Source of the DNA: the human T2T-CHM13v2.0 reference genome, Homo sapiens
Strand: one strand, 5' to 3'
NCBI RefSeq assembly: GCF_009914755.1
Contig: NC_060936.1
DNA length: 64,000 bases
The notes under the pieces are model-generated. The model was not told the origin of the DNA. It worked only from the letters and a program-made list of their open reading frames with translations, and did not search any database. Shown here one piece after another: positions 13,351-28,224 of the stretch (the first letter of the stretch is position 1; every line of letters starts with the position of its first letter). A program made the translations under genes and the position numbers.

Positions 13351-15779
13351 ACTTCAGATAAATTAGCTCATGCAGTTCGTTTGGGGTAACGATTCATGAC
13401 AGGTACCCAGGGGAAGAGGCTGGAGAAGAGGGGAACAGATTGTGAATTATGAAAACTGAGCCTCAGAAGAAACTCTTGGCCTATTTCAGTTTTGCTCAAG
13501 GACAGCCCCCCGCCGTCCGCCACCTCAAATATCTTCTCTATCTCATATACAGTATTACAGTTTCTTATCCAACTCTGTCAGATTTCTATGAAATTGCCAT
13601 AAATCCTAAGATTAAAAAAGGAAAAGAAATGCTTACATTCTTGCTATTAAGATCTCGAAAGTGTGTCTGCCACTTTATATCAACAATTAAACATACAGAA
13701 TCCCTGGATTAGCTAGAGGGAACATCAGGTAAACACAGGCAAAACACCTGTGAATAGAAATCAAAACGATTTCGGTAGGCTGAGTAACTTGATTACACTG
13801 AGAACCTTGATTCCTCACTAAAAGAAGAAAAAGGGACAAAAACAGGAAATCATCAAAAGGGACATGCAAGGAGATCAGCCAAACAGTAGACATTTTCCTG
13901 GCACAAAGCAGACACTCAATATTTGATGAAATTTATAAGTAATTTTGAGGCTAACTCCTTCAGTCCTGAACATTTAAGGCTTAAAGCTAAAATCCTGTCC
14001 TCCATGTCTTCCCTGTGGCTAAATGGGGAGATTAAGTTTTTCTTGAATATTTCTGTAATGGTTTCCCATAGCCAGCTGCTCTCTGGAAGAGGTCAAGGTG
14101 GCTGCAGTGATATGAAGTTGTCCCTTGAATCCAGACCTGGCAATTCTAAAAGGCAGTTTAGAATGTAAGCATGTAACTACTCAGCTGTAATCCTGGTGTC
14201 AGTGGGGGGCTGTGGTCATCTGAGGCTGGAAAGTCCACTTACGTGGCAGCTGGCTCATCTTCCAGGTTCATAATGGACCAATCACCTAAAAGAAACCTAG
14301 GAAGGTAAGTGATTTCCAGGCTAAGTAAGGAGTTTAATTTAACAGAAAAGTGGTGCTCCTACCTGCCCCTCCGCCATCCAGTATTATACTTGTGATAGTA
14401 TTGTGCCCTTTGACTTGGGAGTGCTCTGAAGGGAGAATTGTCTTGCTGGAACAGGTGTGGAGTTCATACCATGGCCTTCATTGCTTGAATGAAGGAGGCT
14501 ACATGTCTGTGGGACAATTGGAAGGAAAATCTAATGTCTGGCTCCACAGAAGTGCAGACTGTGAAATAAAATAGAAAATTTGTATCAAGTGTTCCAATTC
14601 CTGGGAGAAGAGGGCACTGGGCAAATTACTTAAAAGTGCAGAAAGGTGTGGAGAATGAGAAACAATCCTTGGGGGAAAGAACTGCTCACCTGAGGGAACT
14701 AAGTGAGCACTTTTAGGAAACTACCTTTCTAGAGAACTAAGCACAGGTCCTGGAAGTGTTAGTGTGGCTTGATTTCTAGAGACTATTCAGAATTCCGACC
14801 ACTGTAATCAGAAGGCTTTGAAACCCACTCTATCGAAACAGTGATTTGAATTCCCACATACTCAGCTTGCTTTTGAGGGAGGTTTGGTCAATTTGGGGCT
14901 TTAATTTTGTATATGGGCCACCAAGGTGTAGAAAACTAAGCCAGCTGTGGAATGAGAGCTCCCAAGAGAAGGAAGACCTACGGGGGATGCTTTGAATTCA
15001 TTGAACACAACTGTCTCATAGTGAAATGGAGCTCTGAAAACACTGATTTTCCAAGGTTTCAAAAGCAAAGACTTAATTAGAAAAAAATGCACGTGTTCTT
15101 AAAATAACCAATACTCATTTTTTTTTCTAGTAATAACATTAAACTGCTTATCTTTAAATGGTTAAAAAGCTTCCTTTATTTAAAAAAATAGAGATTGTTG
15201 TTTGTTTATTTATTTGTATTAAGCCTGACACGGAGGCAGGATATCAGTAAACAACATAACCAGAGGAATGGTATATACCAAACGGGGGGAAAAATGGTGT
15301 CCTTCTTCTGCCTCTAATGCCTGTGTGCAGGTTTGAGCAAATTGATCCGGAGTCATAAATTAGCATCTGTTCTCTTCCACACTTCCTTGTAAGGACACCT
15401 GGAGGTATATAAAATTTAGATGCTTACATATACATTTTTTTTCTTGTTGACTTTTACTTGAAATATTTGTCTTGTGAATCTATTCTTTAACAACAGTGCT
15501 TTTAAGATCTAGTCCATCTTAAGGGTCACTATAAAGCCAGTCTCATTAATAATTTGGTAAATGTTAAAATATTCTATAGTTAGCAGCAAATAGACTGTTA
15601 CTAACTTATTTTATGCAGATTAACAGCAAACTGATGGCATTGGTTTGGCATCTAGAAAATTGGTTATTGTCTTTAATTAAGGTATTTGGTCTATAGTGTA
15701 TCCCTGTATTTATTTTATACCATTGGCTAGGTCGAAAGATTTCGCTATTTTTCAACTGCTTAGCTATACTCTGAATATA

Positions 15780-16600
15780 TTTCTTTTTTATTTAAAAATA
15801 ATGTTGAAAGTTTACATACAGAAAATATTACATAGATTTATATATTAAAATACATAATTTTTATTAAAATAGAAAAACATTAGAAATATTAGACATATTT
15901 ATTATAAATGCTATGTATAAAAATGTAATAAAAAATAAACCCCTGTAGGACCTCACCATTCAAAGATAATCGCTGTTCCCAATTATATATTTCCACTTAG
16001 TTTTCATTTCTATCACATATTATTTGTACATGACCGAGACCATGTGTCTGAACCTTGTTTGCATCAAATGTCTCATTATGTTGTAAGTATTTTCCCCACA
16101 TCATTAATTTTTTCATAGAATGTTTAATGTTATATAACATTTCTCAATATGGATTTAAAATATTTTGTTTAACCTTCCTTCTTTTGCAAGGTATATACTT
16201 TTTCTGTATTTAAAATAATGCTGCAATTCAACTTTTTTTTTCCACTATTTTCTAAAGAAACTTTTCCAGGAGTAAAAAGTACAGGAATATGCGATCCTTT
16301 TTTATGTTTATAGTCTGTACTGTCACATTGCTTTTCTGATCCACTGAAAATATCAGCAATGTGAGAATTTCCCCATTCCCACTCCCAAGCAGTTCAAGAC
16401 CGTATCTCACTAAATGCCTATATTTTCACCCAAATATTCTAATATTCTTCTATTTTTCCTTTTCCTTGTTTTTTCTCCTCTTTTAAATTCACTTTAAGTA
16501 TCTCATTACTACTTTAAATTTCTTTGGTTACTAGGGCAGCTAAAACGTTTTTATCAGATTTATTAGCCATTTATGGTCTTCTTATATAAAATGTTTTCTG
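15780..16600 (-). mobile_element. Highly diverged L1ME-like fragment
   Basis: T-rich sequence with L1ME-like motifs (aaaataatgctgcaat, tttattagccattt). Confidence 0.45.
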
Positions 16601-17199
16601 CAGTTTGCTTTTGAAATAGCCCCTATGTGACTTTCCCTTCTGGCTGGTGTCAAAACATTTCTATGACCAATTCTAATAAATTTACTCATTGCCTTTTGAT
16701 TCGGTAAAAATTGACAAGAATCCAGAAGTGATGATCTCTTGAATGTTGTTATTATTCCAAAGGTCCACATAGAACATTTGATTCAAAGAGGCAGTAACAT
16801 TTTGTAGGACCATTATATAGCTATAATTATAAATTCTTATATCACATCCTGAATCTTGTGTCCCTTGTTATAAGAACTCATTTAAAGTAATATTTAAAAT
16901 CAGAATTTAAGTTACATTTTTTTCTTTATTCCATCTTAGGACAGTATCCTAAATATCAGCTTGGCTGTGAATTTTGAGAAATTCCTAGCCACAGGTCATA
17001 ATGTTCCTGTGTGCCAAGATAAGTTGGCTGAGAAATCCTAGATAAGATTCAGACATACATACAGGATGAGACTTTTCATTTGGCACAGAATTGGCTGCAC
17101 GAGAAAGTATTCAGGGGATATGAACAAGGAAACTACCAATTTAAAAAGATCATCTTCTTATTTACTAAAATAGAGCTTGTTCCCCAAATAGGCCTATCT

Positions 17200-18710
17200 A
17201 TTCAAAATGTAAGCCAAATCATGCTACTTCTCTGCCCAGGATGCTGTACCGGCTCACTGTTTTACTTGGAATAGAAATTAGGCCCTACACAGCCTTTCCC
17301 CAGCGTGCTCATCTCTGCCATTTCCTCCCTGCCTTCACCTTCTCTATCCCCTTCATTCTCTCTGCTCCAGCCACCCTGGCCTCTGTGGCATTCTTGGAAT
17401 AAGTAAACTATCTGGCCTTTATATTAGCTGTTCTTTCTGCCTGGGTGTTCTTCCCCAAGACACTCGCAGGGCAAACCTGCTTACTCCTTCAAATACTTAC
17501 TGAAATGTCACCCTCTCAGTGAGGCCTAGCTGACTCTTTTATTTCAAATTGCAACCTATACCCTCTTTTACAAGAACAGTAAGGAAGAAACAAATGACTA
17601 TTTTCTCCTGCTATCCTCTCAACACAGATCACTTCTGATCACTGAGATGTGTGGGATTTTCCCCCACGCCAAGCGATTCACCAGCAGACACCAACTGGGT
17701 GTCCTATAATTTAATTCAATTCTGACACTAACTGGAGTTACTGCAGACCCCACAGGTTAAGAGCTTGTCCCATGAAACTGCCCTCCACTTCAGATACCAA
17801 TCCCAAGTCTCAGGTTCTGTTCTATACTTCTGACCAACTAGCTACATATCGGAGGTTCCCACAATCCCCTGTGGGGTTCAATAATTTGCTAGAACAGCAC
17901 ATTTTTTTGTGTGTGAGCCCAGAAATGAGGGAAACACTTTGCTTATGTTTACCCATTTATTATAAAGGATATTACTAGGGGCACAGACGAATAACCAGAG
18001 GAAGAGGCACATGAGGTGAAGTATGTGGGAAGGGGCACGAAACTTTCAGTTCCTCTCCAGTCATGCCATCTTCCTCACACCTCTACACATTCAACAACAC
18101 AGAAGCTCCCTGAAGCTCAGAGTTCAGGGATTTTTATGAAGGTGTAATTGATTATTACCTGAATCTCCAGGCTCTCTCCCCTTCCCAAAGGATAAAGGAA
18201 GTACTGAAAGTTCCAAGTTTCTGATCAAGGCTTGGTCTTTCTGGTGAAGAGTCCCCATCCAAGAGCCCATCAAAAGTTACCTCGTTAGAACAAAAGACAC
18301 TCCTATCACCCAGGAAATTCCAAGAGATTAAGATTCTGTCAGGAATGTGACCAATGACCAAATATTAGAACAAAAGATTCTTCTAGCATCCCGATTGCTC
18401 AGGAAATTATAAAAGTTTTAGAAGCTCTGTGCCAGAAACCAGGGGCAGAGACCAAACATATATTTCTTATTTTATCACAATATCAGACTGTCAATTCTGA
18501 GCCCCCTTACCTTGCTTTGGTTTTCTCCCCATAACAATGATCACCAATCATATGGAAAGACTTATTTATTATGTTTATTATCAGTTACCTTTTTAGAATG
18601 CAAGTTACAGTAGGGCAGGAATGTTTTGATTGTTGTTTACCAACATGTGTCTCAGCAGCTTAAAACAGTGCCTGGCAAATAGTAGATATTCAAGAAGTAT
18701 TTGTGAAATT
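17200..18710 (+). mobile_element. L2 fragment split by an LTR insertion
   Basis: ctccagccaccctggcct...aaatgtcaccctctcagtgaggcct; resumes near 18500 and ends acagtgcctggcaaatagtag. Confidence 0.75.
17568..18485 (-). mobile_element. MER21-family solo LTR
   Basis: ctgggtgtcctataatttaattcaattctgacactaac...gcagaccccacaggttaag...ggggcagagaccaaac. Confidence 0.8.
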
Positions 18711-18730
18711 AGTTAAAAATGTCTTTAAGG

Positions 18731-19026
18731 GGCTGGGCACCTTGGCTCATGCCTGTAATCCCAACACTTTGGGAGGCCGAGGCAGGCAGATCACCTGAGG
18801 CCAGGAGTTCGAGACCAGCCTGGCCAACATGGTGAAACCCCGTCTCTGCTGAAAATACAAAAATTAGCCAGGCATGGTGGTGGGCAACTGTAATCCCAGC
18901 TACTTGGAAGGCTGAGACAGGAGAGAATTGCTTCAACCCGGGAGGCAGAGGTTGTGGTGAGCCAAGATCGCACCATTGCATTCCAGCCTGGGCAACAAGA
19001 ACAAAACTCTATCTAAAAAAAAAAAA
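18731..19026 (+). mobile_element. AluS element
   Basis: Full dimer with A tail. Confidence 0.95.
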
Positions 19027-19255
19027 TTCTGAAGAAAAAATACAGATGGCAAGTATGCTGTAGATGGTATTTGAATGGCTATCTAGAAAAAGCATGTAAG
19101 CTAATTTAGTCTTATATCACCTTTGTGATAATATAGACAATATTGTTTATTTGTTCATTAAATAGACATTTATTAGTCATGGGCTATGTATCAGCAATGT
19201 GTTAGACAGCAGGGATATAAGAGGGAGAAAACATAATCTCTGTCTTCAATGACTA

Positions 19256-20231
<976 letters not shown>

Positions 20232-23200
20232 CCCTAAAGATGAAAAGTGGCTCTAGAGGAACAGAATTTTAAGGATGAGTTTTCTGATTTGGTTCTGAGG
20301 TTTCTGGAATTGGCTTTCTAATACCATTACATTAATGACGTTAATGACTATTTCCAATTCTAAAGAGAGCACTGATACTCCATTGCATAAACTAGTTATA
20401 GAGATAGAAAATATCTGCATTGAATACTCCTGATCCACCATTTATAAGAAATAAGAAGATAGATGACTCTGTATATGAGATTTTCAAATATTTTTTTAAA
20501 AATTAATGAGTATAATAGCATTGTTTGGTTGCTTCTTACGTTACTGGACAAAGTGGTGAAAGAAAAGGATGAGCTAAGGGATTCAAATTCCCAACTCAAG
20601 TGTCGTATATATGACATAATAACCTCTATGTGCGCCCTGAAGGATTCCTTATCTCCTGTAGCCACAGGGTTGAAATTGCTGAAAATCAAATGCAGAACTT
20701 CATGCTACAATTGGCTGAATTACAACACAAGTTGAACTCCCAGTGCAGGATTTCTACTGTTAAAAGTCAAGACATTGATTGGGAAAGAATGGAATACTAT
20801 AAGTTGGGATGGAAACATGTGTGAAGGTCCTGATGAAACTGGGAACATTGAGACCATAAATTCTGATGAGTCATCTTACCAGTAGAAAGTCTTCCCAACC
20901 CCAGTGGTATCAGCCTCTCTACCCACAGTTGTATTAGTCTTTTAAATTAACCTCACGTTACCTGAGGAAATGGTAATGACCTCTCTTGAGGCTGTTGCCA
21001 TGCAAAATAATGTCCTCAGGACCAGTACCACCACTCCTCTTTGCTTCTAGACCTATAGCTAGACTCAAGTCCCAGCAGGCCCCTAGAGATAAGGTAGAAA
21101 GTGCGACCCATAAGGAGGTACTACACTGCAGAAGAACTACGTGAGTTTTCTAATTTATACAAGCAGAAATCAAGGTAACATGTGTGGAAGTGCAAACTAA
21201 GGGTGTGGAATAATGGCAGAAGGAATATAAAGTAGGATAAGGCTGAATTTACTGATAAGGACCCATACTAAACAGAAATTTTGCATTTATTGTTGCAGCT
21301 GAGGGAGTTATAAAGGGCTTTAACAGTTTGTTTGCTTGGTTAGCTGAAACACTGAGCGAAACATGGCCCATTGTGAGTGAGTTGGAAATGCTGGATAAGG
21401 CTTTGGTAAATGGGGAAGAAGGGATTCAAAGGCTTGGGGAGATTGGAATGTTAGAGTGGACTGTCATTTAAGACCTGCTCACCTACACTGGGAGGGTCCA
21501 GGAGGCAGGCCTTTCACATTTACTGAAAGAAATAAATGTGTGCGGGGTCCCTCAGTATTAAAGAGCTCTGTGATCACTCTTCTCTGTAGTCAAACCTCGC
21601 AGTAGGAACTATAGTCACTGAAATGGAAAACTTAAATGCAATGGGAGTAATTGGATCCTAGGGCACTCAACTGCCAAAGACAAAGTGAATGTGGTTACTG
21701 TAATAGGGAGCAGAGTCAAAGCAGCAATCAGAATAGTCTGACTTGAACCGACCTATGGCATTGGCTAGTTAATCGTGGTGTAATAGATAGGAGCCTATTA
21801 AAATCTTATTTGATCTGCATAAGCAGAAAAGTTCTAGGTCAAGTGAATAAAAGATTAGCCTGAATCACAAAAACAGAGAGTCACATCCTCTCAATCAATT
21901 CCAAGAGACCCAAAACATCACTGTGGTCCTCTAGTCAGAGTAGAAATTTATGAAGGTCAGGTGATCAATGGAGTTTTAGTTCAGGTGCATCTCACAGGGG
22001 TCCTCAAACCCATCCTGTGGTTATTTCCCTGGCTTTGAAATGCATAATTGGAAATATACTTAACCACTGTCAGAATCCCTACATTGGTTCCTTGACCTGT
22101 GGAGTGAGGGCTATTATTGTAGAGGTGTTGAGTGGAAGCCGTTAGAACTGCCCCTTCCTAGGAAAATAGTAAATCAAAAGTAATTCTACTTTTCTGGAAG
22201 GGTTGCATAGATTAGTGCCACCATCAAGAACTTGAAAGATGCAGGGGTGGTGATTCCCACAAAGATCTTATTCAACTCTCCTATTTGGCCTTGTGCAGAA
22301 GACAGATGGATCTTGAAAAATGACATTGGATTATCATAAACTTACCAGGTGGTAACTCCAATTGCAGCTGCTGTGCCAGATGTGGTTTTATTGCTTGAGC
22401 AAGTTAATACATCCCCTGATACCTGGTATGCAGCTATTGATCTGGAAAATGTCTTTTTATCCATACCTGTCCATAGGCCCACCAGAAACAGTTTGCTTTT
22501 GGCGGGCAAGGCCAGCAATATGCCTTCAATGTCCTACCTCAGGGGTATCACAACTCTCCAGCCCTATGTCATGATTTAGCTCACAGGCAACTTGGCTGCC
22601 TTTCCCTTCCACAGGATATCACACTGGTCCATTATATTGATGATATTATACTGATTGGACTGAATCAGTAAGGAGTAGTCACTACTCTTCACTTATTGGT
22701 AAGGCATTTGTGTCTCAGACATTGGGAAATAAATCCAACTAAAATTCAAGTGCCTTCTGCTGTAGTGAAATTTCTAGAGGTCTAGTGGATAAATTGTTGC
22801 ATCTGGCCTCTCCTACAACCCAGAAAGAGACCCAGTGTATTGTAGGCGCCTTTGGATTTCAGAGGCAAAAAAATATTTCTCATTTGGGTGTGCTATTCTG
22901 GTCTTTTTACCGAGTGACCTAAAAAGCTGCTAGTTTTGAGTGGGGTTCAGAATGAGAGAAGGCTCAGCAACAGGTTCAGGCTGCTGTGCAAGCTGCTCTG
23001 CCACTTGGTCCATCTGGTCCAGCAGATCCAATGGTGTTTAAAGTGTCAACAGAGATAGGGATGCTGTTTGGAGCCTTTGGCAAACACCTATAGGTAAATT
23101 GCAGAGCCAGCCTTTAGGATTTTGGAGCAAGGTTTTGATATCAGATAACTACCCTTCTTTTAAGAAACAGCTTTTGGGCTGCTACTGGGCCTTAGTAGAG

Positions 23201-25480
23201 ACTGATGGACCACCACATTATCATGTGATCTGGACTGCCAATCACAAACTGGGTTTTATCTGACACCCAGCCATGAATTTGGGCATGTATAGCAACAATC
23301 CCTCGTCAAATGGAAATGGTTTATACGTGATCAGGGCCAAATGAGCCCTCAAGGCATAAGTAAATTGCATAAACAATTAGCCCAAATGCGAATGGCCCTC
23401 CTTGCTGCTACACTGCCTTATCTCTCCCAGCCTGTACCTACAGGCTAATGAGGAGTTCTCCACAATAAATTAACAGAGGAGGGGAAGACACAAGCCTAGC
23501 TGACAGATGATTCTGCATGATACGCAGGTACCACTCAAAAATGGATAGCTGGAACATCTCTAAAGGACAGTGGTAAAGGGAAATCCTCCCGGTGGGCGCC
23601 ACTTGGGGAAGTGCACCAGGTTGGAAGTGCCCTTTGCTTGGAAGAAGTGGCCATATGCAATTATGTACCAATTCATGGACTGTAGCCAATGATTTGGCTG
23701 GATGGTCAGGGACTTGAAAGGAACATGATAGGAAAATTGTGACAAAGAAATCTAGGGAAGAGGTATATGGATAGACCTCTCTGAAGGCAGGGGGAGATAT
23801 TTGTGTCCCATATAAATGTCCACCAAAGGGTGACCTCAGCAGAGGAGGACTTTAAGAACCAAGTCAATAGGGTTCTATTGGCACCTGATAGTCTATTTCT
23901 CCATCCACCCCCCCCGTCATCACCCAATGACCTCACGAACAAAATAACCATGGTGGCACGAATGGAGGTTATATGTGGGCTCAGCAACATAGATGTCCAC
24001 TCACCAAGGCCAACCTGGCTATGGCACCACTCAGTGCCGAATCTGCCAACAGCAGAGACCAACGCTGAGCCCCTGACATAGCGTCATTCTCCAGAGTCAG
24101 CCAGCCACCTGGTGGCAGGTTGATTACACTGGACCACTTCCATCATGGAAGGTGTAGCATTTTGTCCTTACTGGTATAGACACTTTGGATATGGATTTGC
24201 CTTTGCTGAGTGTAATGCTTCTGACAAAGATACCATCTGTGGACTTACAGAATACCTTATCCACTACTATGTTATTTCAAACAGCATTGCTTCTGATCAA
24301 GAAATTACCCTCACAGCAAAAGAAGTGCAGCAATGGGCCCGTGCTCATGAAATTCCCTGGTCTTACCCACCATCCTGCAGCAGCTATCTTGATAGAATGG
24401 TAGAATGGTCTTTCGAAGATTCAGCTGGCATCAAGCTAGGTGGCAATACTACCAGGGCTGGGGCAAGGATCTTCAGAATATGCTCTAAATCAGCATCCAA
24501 TATATGCTGCTGTTTTTCTGGTAGTCAGGATTCACAGGTCTAGGAATCAAGGGGTGAAAATGGAAGTGGCACCACTTACTGTTACCCATAGGGACTAATA
24601 AAATTTTTGCTTCCTGTTCCCATGACTTTATGCTCTGCTGACCTAGAGTTCATAGTTCTAGAGAGAGGAATGCTTCTACCAGAAGACACAACAATGATTT
24701 CGTTGAAGTGGAAGTTAAGACCCACCCAGTCTCTTTGGTCTCCTCATTCCTCTGAATCAACAGACCAAGAAGGGAGTTACAGTGCTGGCTGAGGTAACTG
24801 TTCTGAATACCAAGAGAGAAGTGGACTACTGCTCCACAATGGACATAAAGAAGAGTATGTCTGGAATACAGGCTATGCCCTAGAGAATCTTTTATTATTG
24901 CCATGACCTTTGATTAAAGTCAGTGGGAAACTATAACAATCCAACGAAGGCAGGACTATGAATGGCCCAGACTCTTCAGGAATAAAGATCTGAGTCACCC
25001 CTACCCCATAAAGAAACATAATCAGCTGAGGTGCTTGTTGAAGGCAAAGGGAATACAGAATGGGTAGTAGAAGAAGGCAGTTATCAATACCAGCTATGGC
25101 CATGTGACCAGTTACAAAAATGAAGACTGTAATTGTCATAAGTATTTTATCCTTATTTTGTTACAAGTATATTTGTTTTCTTTCCTCTTTTATTCCTCTT
25201 TTATCCACTTATCATGTAGCATAAGATGTATTAACTTTACATCAGTATTTTAGTATTATTAATTTTACATCATGGTATTTAAGTCACAGGATATTAGGGA
25301 AGAATAAATATATCAGTTAAAGACTTTACCTCCTATTCTAGGAAAGGGATTTGTACATTTTTGTTGTATGCTGGATAGTAGTATCAGATTAAATGAAATT
25401 ATGACCTAGTTGTCTTTATTTGGAGATCAAGTATGGTTTAAAGAGATGTTTATAAGAAACAAGTTGACAAGGGATGGACT
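20232..25480 (+). mobile_element. ERV-L internal region (ERVL-B4/HERV-L-like): disrupted gag, pro, RT/RNaseH, integrase, dUTPase; no env
   Basis: RT motifs YAAIDL, VLPQGY (about 22531) and LVHYIDD (22624-22644). Integrase WWQVDYTGPLP (about 24110). Many stops and frameshifts. Purine-rich tract before the 3' LTR. Confidence 0.93.
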
Positions 25481-26001
25481 TCTGATGGTTAATTTTATGT
25501 GTCAACTTGATGAGCTAAGGGATGCATGCCCAAACAGTGGGTAAAACATTATTTTGGGGTGTGTTTGTGAGGGTGTTTCTGGAAGGGATTAGGATTTGAA
25601 TTGGTAGACTGAGTAAAGAAGATTGCCCTCCCAGTGTGGAATCATCTAATCAGTTGAGGGCTCAAAGAGAACAAAAGGGAGGAGGAAGGGCAAATTTGCT
25701 CTTTCTACTTGAGCTGGAACATTCATTTTCTCTTGCCCTCAGACATCAGCACTATCAGCACTTCTGGTTCTCAGGCCTTCAGACTTGGACCAGGAATTAT
25801 ATCATCAGCCCCCAGTTTTTGGGCCTTTGGGTTTGGACTGCAACTATACCACTGGCTTTCTGGGTCTCCAGCTTGCAGATGGCAGATCATGTGACTTCTC
25901 AGCTTCCATAATTGCATGAGCGAATTTCTCATAATAAATCTCTCTATATCTATATAAATATCCTATTGATTCTGTTTCTTTGGAAAACTCTGACTAATAC
26001 A
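25481..26001 (+). mobile_element. ERV-L 3' LTR (MLT2B-type)
   Basis: gatggttaattttatgtgtcaacttga...aataaa...ctgactaataca. Confidence 0.92.
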
Positions 26002-27169
26002 GCATCCAACCCGTTCTTACTAGGGGATGGTCAGGAAAGACTGAGAGGTGAGATGATGTGTTGGGGAGAAGGTGCAGAAGGCATTCCAGGTAAAGGAGGT
26101 AGCATGTGGTAGGATGTGGCTCCTGCTTACCCTAAAATCTGTGTTAAGGAATTTGGCCTTTATCTTTAGAGCAGTAGGGACCATGTAAGTATTTAAATAG
26201 AGGTGTGGCATACTAGATTTACATCCTAGAAAGAGCACCATGTCCCCTGATTCTCAAGGTTTGTGTTCAATTTAACAAGCATTAAATGAGCCCTTATTAC
26301 AAGCAAAGCATCCCTCCTTTGTGCTTTTGGGAAAATTAGAACATAAAAATTTTTCATAGACATACCTATAAAAAATTAAAACTATATTGGTAACCTACAT
26401 TTTAAGCATATGAATGCAATATATTTAAAGAATCTTGTTTTTTTTCCCAAAGTTAATTGCAATATGTTTACATTGGACACCAAGGGAAAAAAATATTTTA
26501 AAAGCTTACTGAGAATGAAAAGGAATACATTTGCAACTTCTAAGGTTGGGAGACTTGGTGGTTGCTTCATAAGTGTGCAGCAGAAGCAAGTTCATATGTA
26601 TTCTGAAAGCATGTTTGATGCATGTGACTAGAATTTATGAAGAGGCAAAGCTATGTTCTTTATGAGCTCTAGGCCTTTCCTGCCTGGAAAGGACAGCCAC
26701 CCTCTTGTGGGTGTCATATTTTGTCATCACTGCAGTGCAGGTGTGAGGAGCAGCCCCATACTCCACTTTTCCATGTGCCCAGTGTTGTCATTAGAGTCTT
26801 TGTACTGGCTTCAGTAAAACAATCTTCAGGACAGACTATCCTGCTCTGCCCTTATACCCTTTTTCTGATGTTGCACAGTATTTAGTCACTTCTGGGATTT
26901 CCTATCAGAGTTGAGAATTGTGGGAAGAGGAAAGGGATTTTCATAAGACTTTATTATATTACTTGGGTTCAGATTTGTACGTTCTTGATTGGTTCTCTCT
27001 GTTCAAAGGTCAAATTCACAATAGTGCTTTTGACTCTGCAAGAGATAGATTTTCTTTGTCTCCTGTAGAACATTCTTACTACCTATGAATAAAACTTTAT
27101 AAATACCGCAATTATTTGGGTTCTATTTTTGTATTATTCTCTTTTTTTTATTGTAATTATTAAGAACAT

Positions 27170-27345
27170 GAACTCTAGCTGGGTCCAAACCAGGCACTGA
27201 AACTAAGTCTGTAGTCTTAGGCAAATTTTTAAACCTCCTTTTGCCTTAGTTTTTCTCCTCTATTAATAGAGATAACAATTCTCCACTTTCATAGCATTGT
27301 AGTCAGCTATGATACATAAAGCCCTTAGAATACTACCTGTATGAT
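27170..27345 (+). mobile_element. MIR
   Basis: cttaggcaaatttttaaacctc...gccttagttttt core. Confidence 0.6.
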
Positions 27346-27781
27346 ACTACACAACATTGCATTTTGTAAATTGAGTACTTTGTAAAGCGCTTTGAAGGAA
27401 AGTCAGAATGAAAAAAATTCTCTGAAATGGGTAAATGCCAACTCCAGAATTAATATTAGACAGTTGATCGCATCGCATTTTAACACAACTTTGATGGCAC
27501 ATACAATGAACAGTGACTATACCCACATCTAAATTAGTGCTAAGAAATTAATAGCTAATTGAAACATTAATGTGGCCAGTATATTATCCATTTTGCTTTA
27601 TTTTATAATTGTTTCTACTAAAGTAACAGATTTTTATATTGTGGGTTTTTTTTCTTTTGGTCTTTTTTTCAGGTTCAGAAGGAACATTTAAGTAACATGG
27701 GCCTAAGAGTTGTAACATCTTAACGCATGGTAAGATGTTAAAACAAATGTAGCCATCAGTGACGCCACTGAATTAATCAAG

Positions 27782-27858
27782 TAGTTGGTGCAAAAGTAAT
27801 TGCAATTTTCTCCATCACTTAAAGGGCAAAAACCATAATTACTTTTGCACCAACCTAA
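27782..27858. mobile_element. MADE1 mariner-derived MITE
   Basis: TIRs gttggtgcaaaagtaatt / aattacttttgcaccaac. Confidence 0.93.
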
Positions 27859-28224
27859 CAGAACTCAGATGCAGAAACATGCCCAACAGCCACAATGGCC
27901 TAAATGTACCTCTCCAAAGGGCCTTATTTACAATCGCCATAATATTAAAGTGAATCCTCTACCCCTTAGTAGGGCATAACTTGAAATAGTGAATTTTCCT
28001 TTGTTCATATTTAGAGGTTTCACATGTTTGGAATTCAACAACAGGGCTTAACTTCGATAAATCAGGAATCATGGGTCATGTTCAGAGAATGTAGGAAATA
28101 AATCTTTCTGTGTTGGCTCTATCCTTCTGAAGATCATATAAATATGCTCATGATTGGAAGCATGCATTCTTCTTTATAGATTTCAATTCTGAAAATAGAA
28201 AAGTTTACATCTATGGCATTTCTA

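Noticed and set aside
20463-25139. ERV-L ORF fragments as a domesticated gene
   Set aside because: All are under 135 aa and riddled with stops and frameshifts.
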